Positions 53,706 through 64,000 of a DNA stretch of 64,000 nucleotides are shown here, one piece after another. This DNA is from Octopus sinensis. Taxonomy: Eukaryota. Location: assembly GCF_006345805.1 (NCBI RefSeq), contig NW_021832849.1, positions 32,880 to 96,879 of the forward strand, read 5' to 3'. The notes beneath the pieces are model-generated. The model saw nothing but the letters and a program-made list of their open reading frames with translations, was not told the origin of the DNA and made no database searches. How positions within the stretch are numbered: the stretch's first letter is position 1; each line of letters opens with the position of its first letter. A program made the position numbers and the translations under genes.

Positions 53706-54337
53706 ATAACATAAGGGACTAAAGCCATCTGAATATGGCTAGGGACAGGGCAGGGTGGTGGGGGTGTTACTGTTGCATTTAGCCCCAGGCGAACATCAAC
53801 GTCGCCAGATAGGCTTGACACCATCACGGTGTCCTTTAACCTGCAAAGGGAGATAATTCCCCGATGAAGCGGAAACCACACACGGACCATGGTTTCAAGG
53901 TGTATTGCCTATCATCAACGTGTGGTAGGCCCCCGCTTCCTAGACGAAATCTCACTCTGCAGGATATTCATATATAGATTTTCAAGCAAAATACATTTGC
54001 TGATTTCGAAAATCTGTTCGACAGCAATAGATTTTCGAAATCAGCAAATGTATTTTGCTTGAAAATCTATATATGAATATCCTGCAGAGTGAGATTTCGT
54101 CGAGGAAGCGGGGGCCTACCACACGTTGATGATAGGCAATACACCTTGAAACCATGGTCCGTGTGTGGTTTCCGCTTCATCGGGGAATTATCTCCATTTG
54201 CAGGTTAAAGGACACCGTGATGGTGTCAAGCCTATCTGGCGACGTTGATGTTCGCCTGGGGCTAAATGCAACAGTAACACCCCCACCACCTGCCCTGTCC
54301 CTAGCCATATTCAGATGGCTTTAGTCCCTTATGTTAT
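53706..54337. repeat. Long near-perfect inverted repeat: arms 53706-54015 (310 bp) and 54029-54337 (309 bp), 13-nt spacer
   Basis: Arm-to-arm reading shows 2 substitutions and one 1-nt indel. Confidence 0.97.
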
Positions 54338-54825
54338 ATATATATATATATACATATATATTTTTTGTATGTATGTATGTATGTATGTATGTATGTATGT
54401 ATGTATGCATGTATGTATGTATGTATGTATGTATGTATGTATATTTGAAATGAACAGCTTTGTCACACTGTCAAACTAAATCACTCTGAGTGATTAAGAG
54501 TGTAAAGTGTGTGTGTGGAATATCCAGCCACCTACACTACATTACAGAAGAGTATATAACTCAGTCGATCCAATAGCTGAAAGTCAACAGTCGATACCGA
54601 CGGAAACCCCTTTACGCCTTTTACTCTTTGCGTGAGTGAGCATGGTGTATAGTTAAATATTGCTATTGTGTGTATGTGTGTGTGTGTGTGTGCAAGTGTG
54701 TGCGTGCGTATATGTGTGTGTATATATATATATGCGCGCGCGTGTGTGTGTGTGTCTGTGTGTGTCGGTGTTTGTGTGTATAAGGGAGTATGATGTATGG
54801 TTGTATCTTGCATATGTTCATATGA

Positions 54826-54857
<32 letters not shown>

Positions 54858-55496
54858 ACGCGTGTGACTGGACTACACGTAGTCGTCTGAGCGACTCTCA
54901 ATTTAACGTAAGTCTTCATCAGGAATAACCTGGAGCAATATAACCACCACAGCCGTCAACACCATGACCACCAAACACTACACCCTAACCCCAACCACGC
55001 CCACTACCACCATCACTACCACCACCACTACCACCATCCCACCACTATTACTACCAGGTTTATATTTTCTGAGGAGAATGTATTTAGAAGATAGTATGTT
55101 GTGATGTGTCCATTTTGCTGCTATGTCTAGCATGTTTGTTGTCTGCATCAGAGACAAGTCCTCGGCTCGTAAGGCCGCTTATGTTGTTATGCTCCCGGCC
55201 TTTCTCATCATATCTTTTATTCAAACATATAATGTATCCAGGATTCCATTATCCAGTGTGTCTTTTATTGTTTTTCTTTGAAGTAGTTAGGATGTGTGAT
55301 TTGAGGGCTATTTATCTGCTATTTCTAATGGGAAATAACCGCAGAGGAACTCCTTCGCTGCCTGGTAAAAGCATAAATTTGTAGTGTAGTGTATTAAAAT
55401 GTTACCACCAGTGATCGCTCATTGTCTAACACGTGTTGGTACGTAGCAACAGTAAGTTCCAACATGCTAGACAACGAGCGAGCCCTGACAGTAAAG

Positions 55497-55830
55497 GGTG
55501 AAAACCCCACTTCGGTCATGAATGACCATGGGATTGCACCTTGAGAGTTGCCCTCCGAGGCACAAGTCCGGGCATGGTTGTTCATGGAAGACCAGTAGTT
55601 ACCCATGCATACCAGCCTCCCCTCGCCACACCACCAGTGTTGTCCAGGGGAAGGCAAAGGGGCCGATACAGCCTGGCACCAGTGACGTCACAACTCATTT
55701 CTACAGCTGAGTGAACTGGAGTAACGTGAAACAAAGTCTCTTGCTCAAGAACACAACACACAGCCAGTCCGGGAATCGAACTCATTACCTCATTGTTGTG
55801 AGCCCGACGCTCTAACAACTGAGCCATGCG
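55497..55830 (-). mobile_element. SINE-C, full-length
   Basis: Reverse complement of the 28187-28508 family. Confidence 0.88.
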
Positions 55831-55911
55831 CATTCACTGATAGTAACATTTTAATATACCAATAGTGGTAGGATTTAATTTAATTATCGTACCTATCCTC
55901 ACCTATGGTCA
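55713..55911. repeat. 200-bp direct repeat, copy 2
   Basis: Matches 53177-53376. Confidence 0.9.
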
Positions 55912-55924
55912 TGAATGGTGGGAA

Positions 55925-56260
55925 ATGACTAAAAGAGTACAACTGCGAATACATGCGGCTAAAATGGGGTTCCTCTGAAGGATCTTTGGAATCACATTCC
56001 TCGACAGGGTGTATAGATCGGAGATTAGGGTGTCTTTCCAGATCGTGCCGCTACTTTCAGTCATTGAGAAGTCACTGCTTATGGTACAACACAACAGACA
56101 TGTGACTATAATGCCGCAGGAAAGAAACGCAAGAGGGATTTTCAAAGCCGAGCCAGCACGAGGGAGACTTAAGGGTAGACTTAAGGGTAGACTTAAGAAT
56201 GAGATGGATGGATAATATTTATGGTCTCAGTTGGTTACACTTGGGAATCCAGCTTGAAAG
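55925..56260 (+). pseudogene. RTE-clade LINE C-terminal remnant
   Basis: RIHAAKMGFL*RIFGITFLDRV..IEKS..HV..MPQER..RGR..WMDNI. Confidence 0.6.
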
Positions 56261-57059
56261 TTTAATGTTAGTTGCATATGATATGACCTCATGGAGGAGG
56301 TACATGAAGACGTCACATCCACGATCCTCCCAAGAATAGTGGGCGGAGAAGATGGATAAATGGGTGGGTGTATGGATAGGGTCTGTGTTGGTCATTGATG
56401 CATTGTGTAGCCTGGATAGGAGATTTTGAGGAAGACGGTTGCATACGGTCTCTCCTCCTAACACCACTGACATTCATCCAAGGTAAAGGCCGCTAATTTG
56501 GGCCGATCTAGTATTGAACCAGTGGCGTCGCACGCATAGCAGCAGGAATACAAAAGGGCGGGAACAAATACCGTAAGGCATCTCTTCCAATCCCTCTAGC
56601 GTGGGAGTATTCTATCAAGTAATGTCTATAATCCAATATTTACGCGTTACTATTTATAGCTTTATCTGTTTCGAGATTCACCAATCCACAAACAGAATTA
56701 TTTCACGTTCTCCCAAAAGTCAACAACATACAATTCTCGCTGGTAAGAATAAAATTTCTAAAACGAATTGGCAGACACGCTAAGAGTGACCTAATATGCA
56801 TATATACATATACGTATATACATATATCTATAGACATATATACATGCACACACATACGCATACGCACACATACGCGCGCGTGCACACACACTCACACATG
56901 AGTGTGTGCGCGTGTTCGTATGAGTGTGAATTTGTATACAAATGTAAACTCATCACATTGAACAAGAAACAAAAAGAAACGATTCAACATTAAAAAAAGA
57001 ATGTCAAAATATTTTTTCATTCCAGCCGAAACAGCAAATATCGTGGAACTGATTAAGAT

Positions 57060-57400
57060 AAGGCGACGAGCTGGCAGAAACGTCACGCACTGGGGTCGAT
57101 GTAATCGACTAAATCCTTTTGTCTGTCCTTGTTTGTCCCCTCTATGTTTAGCCCCTTGTGGGCAATAAAGAAATAATAATTATTATTAAGGCGGCGAGCT
57201 GGCAGAATCGTTAGCACAGCGGGCGAAATGCTTAGCGGCATTTCGCCCGTCGATACGTTCTGAGTTCAAATTCCGGCAAGGTCGACTTTGCCTGTCATCC
57301 TTTCGGGGTCGATGAAATAAGTGCTAATTGAGCAGTGGGGTCGAGGTAGTCGACTCATCCCCTTACCCCCACTTCAGGCCTTCTGCCTATCGTAGAAAGA
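57060..57400 (+). mobile_element. Two adjacent SINE-A copies: internally deleted with Tx1 tail (57060-57173) and full-length with (ATT)n-type tail (57188-57400)
   Basis: Same head, different 3' ends; second copy followed by (ATT)n at 57401-57452. Confidence 0.88.
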
Positions 57401-57455
<55 letters not shown>

Positions 57456-57659
57456 TGAATTATGTATTTGATAATTTATTTGAAAATACATCCAACTGAA
57501 TATATGTTTATATATTTGAAATTATATTTATATATGCAATAAATGAAATTCTTTCTTTTTGTTTTCGATTCAAATATCGTTCGGATATCGGAGCCGTGAA
57601 ACTCGATCACGAAATTTGAAGCTTCAGCTTTAACACACACACACATACACACACACACA

Positions 57660-57703
<44 letters not shown>

Positions 57704-57989
57704 CTATATATACATACATATATTTATACGCATACGTGTGTGTGTGTGTGTGTGTGTCTGTGTCTGTGTCTGTGTATCTGTGTATATACGATGCACAGTT
57801 TCTCTCATTCGCAAAGTAATGGAACCCAGAACTTTATGGTTGCAAAGCGAACCTCTCATCATATAAAAGAAACTGAAGACCTAGAGGGCGGCGGGCAATA
57901 ATTAAATACCACAAGGCATTGTTTGTCTAGCAATCTGTCATTCCTGTCTTTCGCAGTGTTAACAATAATGGTATGAAATGTAGGCACAG

Positions 57990-58700
57990 GGCCAACGATT
58001 TTCGAGGAGCAGTTAGTAGATACCATTAACACCTGTGCTTGGCTGGTACTTATTTTATTGACCCCGGAAGGATGAAAAGCAACCTCGGCCACTGCGAATT
58101 TGAACTCAGAACGTAGAGAGTCGGAAGAATACTGCAAGGATAATCTACCGTCCAACATAGGTAGAAGGGGTGAACCTTGTCGGAGATGTTTAGTCCATTA
58201 AATTAATCCCCAGTACTTGAAGAGTCCTTTGTTTTATTAACCCCGGAAGGATGAAAGATAAACTTAACCTCAGCGGGATTTGAACTCAGAACGTAAAGAC
58301 GTAAGAAATACTGCAATTTCAATCTTCTCTTCAGCATAGACAAAAAGCCTGAAGTTTTGGTCTGTGGGTTAATTGACTAAATTAACCCCATACGTTGACC
58401 AGTACTTTGTTTTATCGACTCCGAAAGAATGAAAAGCAAAGCTGACCACAGTAGGATCTGAACTCGGAACGTAAAGAGCCGGAACAAATACAGAAAAGGC
58501 AAACTACCGTAACACAAGCGCAAGGTCAGAAATTTGGAAGAGTGGATTAGTCGATTAAATTAATCTCAGTATTTGGCTGGTACTTTATTTTATCGATCCC
58601 TGGAGGGATGAAAGGTGAAGTTGACTTCGCCTTGATTTGAACTCGGAACGTAAAGAACGGTAATTATATATCGCAAAGCGTTGGGTGTATTCTCGATTAA
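57990..58700 (-). repeat. Head-to-tail array of four diverged 5'-truncated SINE-A units (~170-180 bp each)
   Basis: GGATGAAA..(A/G)TTTGAACTC(A/G)GAACGTA motif recurs four times at regular spacing. Confidence 0.75.
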
Positions 58701-58888
58701 ATCGATCCAGTAATTGGCCGGTAGTTATAGGTATTTTATTAACCTTGTGGACACCCCGCCCCGAACACACAGACACAGAAATACTCACACGACGTATATG
58801 TATTATCGATTTCGGAGAGCTGCTGGTGCTGATGGTGGTAGTTGTGGTGGTGGTGTTCCTCCTCCTCCTCCTCCTCCTCCTCCTCCTC

Positions 58889-58957
<69 letters not shown>

Positions 58958-59347
58958 TCTACATATATAAATAAACAGATGGATAAATAAAATAATTTCT
59001 TACGCAAGAAATTGTAACACAAGACCCTCATATTTGTGAGGGAGGGCTGGAGCGAGGAAGGGTGGAAGAGAGGAAGGAAGGTTGTATTGTAGATCGAACC
59101 TTTAACCTCTTCCCTACCCATCTCATTACGTTCTGAGTTCAAATTCCGTCGAGGTCGAATTTGCCTTTCACCCTTCGGGATCGATAAATTAAATACCAGT
59201 TGCGTACTGGGTCGATCTAATCGACTGGCCCCCTCCCCCAAAATTTCGAGCCTTGTGCCTAGAGTAGAAAAGAATACCGCTGGGGAGTTACCCGGGGCTT
59301 CGTCGCTCACGGGTCAAGTGTGGTCAATATTAATCTATGTAATTTGT

Positions 59348-59630
59348 GGGTGAAGGTGCATGGTTAAGTGGTTAGGTGGATTCAGCTCAGGTCGTAAGGT
59401 TGTGATTTGGATTCCCGGTGACGCGTTGTATCATTGAGCAAGACACTTGATTTTCATGTTACTCCAGTCGGTTCCGCCGGCAAAAATGAGTTGTACCTGT
59501 AATTCAAAGGGACCAGCCTCGTCACGCTCTGTCTCACGCTGAATCTCCTTCAGAGCTACGTTAAAAGTACGAGTGTCCTCGCACGTTCATTTCACAACCA
59601 GGCTGTTCCGCTGCCAGTTAATTTGTGAGT
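59348..59630 (+). mobile_element. SINE-D
   Basis: Reverse complement of the 33762-34042 family. Confidence 0.78.
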
Positions 59631-59941
59631 GTGTATATAGAGGTCCTATGCATTGTGCTTTCCCCCTGGGGTTGGGGAACCTAAACTGCTGTTTAGATGG
59701 CCTTGACCGGCATGACGACTTGGGTACTTTTGGGTGTCTTCAATAAAGTGCCTCCTGTTGCAAGCATGGGGACGAGGTTTCCGGCTTAAAAACTATTTAA
59801 CCTTGCACTCTCTTCTTCATCAGTTACAGAAGTCCCTAAAAAGGTTCTTGAGCCCTTGTTCCTACTCAGTCATAAATAAGCCGATAAAAATATTTTGTTT
59901 GATTCGGGGATAGAAAATGAAATAACAGAACTTCCACCAAA

Positions 59942-60105
59942 GGCGCAGGTATGACTGGGTGGTAAGAATTTTGTTTCCCAACAGTATAGTATCAGGTTCA
60001 ACTCCAGTGCGTGGTATCTTGGATAAATGTTTTCTACTACAATCCTGGGCTGACTAATGCCTTATGAGTGGATTTGGCTGACGGAAACTCAAAGAAGCCC
60101 GTCGT

Positions 60106-60174
<69 letters not shown>

Positions 60175-60400
60175 CGTGTGTGTTCCCCCCCCACCATATT
60201 GCTTGTCAACCGGCGATGGTTTGTTTACGTCCCCGTAACTTTGCAATTCTGCAAAAGATACCAATAGAATAAGTACCTGGTTTGATTAGAAATGAAAAAA
60301 GCATAAGTACTGATGTCGATTTGTTCGACTAAAATCATTCAAGGCGGTGCCCCAGCATGGCCGCAGTCCAATCACTGAAAAAAGTAAACGATAAAAGATA
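59942..60400 (+). mobile_element. SINE-B, full-length, internal (TA)n(TG)n, CR1-type tail
   Basis: Tail GGCGGTGCCCCAGCATGGCC at 60343-60362. Confidence 0.85.
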
Positions 60401-60441
60401 CATATACATAGATACGAACACGTAAACACATACCCACATAA

Positions 60442-60474
<33 letters not shown>

Positions 60475-61113
60475 ACACACCAACCTGCCTAAATGGATAA
60501 TCAAACATAGACAAATACACGTATACACATACATTTACATACATACACTCATGCACAAATACACACACACAAACATACACACACATACACATACACACTC
60601 ACGTCTACACACATACACGCATATACACCTGTGCATATGTATTTATGTAAATGTTGACACCGTTGCGCATTCGTACATAAGCACTCACACACACACACAC
60701 CCACACGCAAATTCATTCACAAGCATATACTCACAACCCCACTCTTACAGACTCATGCTCAAACATACACGTATACATAGGTGCACAAACATAAACACAC
60801 ACACACACATATATAAAAAAGGTTACGCACACGCACACCTATACGCATAATCATACAGACGCACGCGCATACATACGCACAAATACACACACACGCACAT
60901 AGGCATGCACACACACACACATATATGCATTCAAGGCACATACTTGGGTGTGCTCGCCGCACACACGCATACACACACACACACATATAGTCGTATTCGT
61001 ATACGCATACACATACATATATACGCGTGTTCATAACCATAACCACACCGAATATCGGTGGGCGGGGATTTGAAATGAAGATGTGTGTGGTGGTGTGTGT
61101 GTGTGTGGTGTGG

Positions 61114-61154
<41 letters not shown>

Positions 61155-61165
61155 TGTGTGTGTGT

Positions 61166-61200
<35 letters not shown>

Positions 61201-61306
61201 CGTGCGTGTGCGTGAATGCATGTGTATGTATGTGATTGTGTGAGTGAACGTGAATGTGAGCGTGTGTTCGTATTTGAGTACGTTTCTGCGCGCGTCTGCA
61301 TACTGA

Positions 61307-61388
61307 TATATATACACCTGTATATATACACCTGTATATATACACCTGTATATATACACCTGTATATATACACCTGTATATACACCTG
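61307..61388. repeat. 14-bp tandem repeat TATATATACACCTG, about 6 copies
   Basis: Direct reading. Confidence 0.92.
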
Positions 61389-62544
61389 CATAAATATGTG
61401 TGCGTGTGTATGTGTGTGTATACATATGGTATGTAAATATATATATATATATACGTATATATATATATGTATGTGTACGTATACATTTATTTATATGTAC
61501 ATATGTGTATGTGTAAGAGTGTGTTTAAGAATTTTTTAAGAGGGTGGATGTAATTTGAAGAAGATTCAGCTGTTACTTTAAGCATATCAAGAAATTGCGT
61601 AAAACCCCACTCCTGCATCTGGTTTTCTTATACTATAACTAGTTACTATATCCCGAAGTTCACACAGATCAAAAGACTTTCCAAATGTGACCATTTCATC
61701 TTTTTTCTTTTTTGAATTGCTAAAAAAAATAAAAATCAAGGTTTCTTTATCTGAAGAAATTATTGTGATTTGAGGGAGATTTAGTTGTTATTTCTACCAA
61801 ATTTATATTTTGGTGGTGGTGGTGGTTAAAGCAAGTTCATAGCGGTGATAGAGAGACGGCGGTTAAAGGCAGCCAGCGCCAAGTCACTGACACAGGAGCC
61901 TCAAACATAGCTTTGTCACACAACGAGCGTTAACAATAACAACAATAACAAACGGCCACAAACAGCAGAAGAGAACAAACCGAGCGCTTCATAATAACAA
62001 CATCAAGAACGGCGTGAGCGGCGGCGGCGGACGGCGGACGGCGGCGGCGGATGGATAGGTTTTAGTTCGACAGGAGAGAAGCAGAAAGGAAATCAGCGCC
62101 GGACCCAACGCAACGCAAAGCGAAAGCAGCACCAGTCGCTTAGACAAACGCTGGCTCTATGAGAGCAGGATACAGCACGAAGAGAAGTTATACGCAAACC
62201 TTATATACACATATATACACATATATATATTTATATATAAATTGCATACATATATGTCATGTAATATAATATATTATATATATATATTTACAAATATGTT
62301 ATAAAAGAACTAATACTATATACATACACACAAATCTTTCTCTGTTTATCTTCAGTCTGTCCTTCTCTCTCTCTCTCTCTCTCTCTTATAGCTATATATA
62401 TATATATATATAATATATATAAAATATATATATATATGCACACGCATACATACATGCAAACAAGCGCACATATATCACCATCATTATACCATCAATATAA
62501 CCACACATATTATGTACTTTGATTTATCTGTATTGTATATCATA

Positions 62545-62578
<34 letters not shown>

Positions 62579-63761
62579 TATATGTAATACTATATATACA
62601 AATATATACATACACTACACACGCGTTTGTTTATACATATGCACGCAAGCGCGCACATGCATTCAACAGACGTGTTCAAAAAGAAGTTGGTTCGCGAAAT
62701 ACTTAACACCAACCAACGATATATACACACATAAAAATATATATGTATATACACGCATAAATATACACAAATATGTGTCTACACATTGAAATGTTTTGAC
62801 ACGTTCTCATTCTCTTAATCGCTTTTCTTTTTTATATTCATTCATTCCACTACTTTTGCATCTTCCTTCAGGCACGCACCCACACCTACATATACATAAA
62901 CACATATATGTATTTATATACAGCACACCTACGTACATACATATACACATACGTACGTACATAAATACTTATACAATATCAAATACAAACGTACTTTCAC
63001 TTTCACATAAACACATACGCAAACGTCAACACACACACACATCTTTCTCCTTCACACGCATGCACACGCACACGCACACATACAGATGAACGCAACACAC
63101 AGACAAAATCACGCAGAAAAACTTCAAACCCTTAATAAGCATTAAAAAGTAAGAAAAAAACCCCCCAGCAAAGCACCCGTAACAAAACACAAATAAAATA
63201 CTCATACATACACGCATTCATACGTTCACATGCACATATATACACGCGTATATATACACAGTCATTTTGCCGTTATACACTGATAAGAAAGAAAGAAAGA
63301 AAAAAGTAACACAAAGCAAAAAAAAAAGACAACTAACACAAACTTACAAACAAGTATATTCAAAACACACACACAGACACGCACATATGTACACTAATTT
63401 GTATATACATTTTCCTGTGCTTTTATTTATGGTGTATACACACGTAGAACCAAAGTTACAAGACGGAATGGATTTAACTTGTAAAAAGTAAGTAGCACCT
63501 TCCTAAATTCATTCCACACACTCTTAACTTACAAATTTTCTTTTCCTGCTTACCATACTTTAATAGTTCTATACCCGTCTGTTGTTCCATACATATATAC
63601 CTGTTTGTTGCTCTCGCTCAATATATCTCTCCTTATATATGTTTGTTTCAAGCCTTTGTATTTATTTGTTATTCCATACTGTCGTATCTGTTGTTCTACA
63701 CCTTATACTTGTTTGTTCTTCCATAAATTTATATTTGTTATTCCGTATTCTTGTAAATGTT

Positions 63762-63986
63762 AGCTGGACAGACACGTTAGCACGCCGGGAGAAATGCTTA
63801 GCGGTATTTCGTCTGTCGTTACGTTGTGAGTTCAAATTCCGCTGAGGTCGACTTTGCCTTTCATCCTTTCGGGGTCGATAAATTAAGTACCAGTTACGCA
63901 CTGGGGTCGCGATGTAATCGACTTAATACCTATGTCTGTCCTTGTTTGTCCCCTCTATGTTTAGCCCCTTGTGGGTAATAAAGAAA
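63762..63986 (+). mobile_element. SINE-A, Tx1-type tail
   Basis: Near-identical to 43712-43946. Confidence 0.9.
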
Positions 63987-64000
63987 TAGGTATTTCGTCT

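Noticed and set aside
53552-53890. 112-aa ORF in the palindrome arm as a gene
   Set aside because: No recognisable domain, and it ends in microsatellite-derived residues.
58585-59310. 241-aa minus-strand ORF
   Set aside because: It runs through SINE fragments and (ACT)n/(CCT)n repeats.

Overview
AT-rich, microsatellite-saturated animal genomic DNA, probably intergenic or intronic. An octopus/coleoid cephalopod origin is my inference from the SINE types and repeat composition and is not verified. I found no intact host protein-coding gene, rRNA, tRNA gene or CRISPR array, and most of the ORF track is translated microsatellite. The window is dominated by mobile elements: two 5'-truncated Tx1/L1-clade LINEs bordered by (TATC)n; a long decayed CR1-group LINE on the minus strand whose ORF1 looks like Myb/SANT plus a CCCH finger; R4/Dong-like restriction-like-endonuclease LINE fragments in (TAA)n; Penelope-like remnants with hammerhead-ribozyme relics; RTE, Tc1 and mariner remnants; and more than 30 tRNA-derived SINE copies (labels SINE-A to SINE-D are mine). 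Most notable: (1) two apparent SINE-LINE partnerships visible inside the window, with one SINE sharing 37/42 nt of its 3' end with the Tx1 LINE and another sharing an identical 20-mer plus a hairpin with the CR1 LINE, both built on a shared central domain with swappable tails; (2) LINEs sitting in specific microsatellite classes; (3) a 632-bp near-perfect palindrome; (4) a ~61-copy 32-bp minisatellite; (5) a minimal hammerhead relic. Coordinates and counts were read by eye, so boundaries are approximate unless a TSD or TIR defines them.
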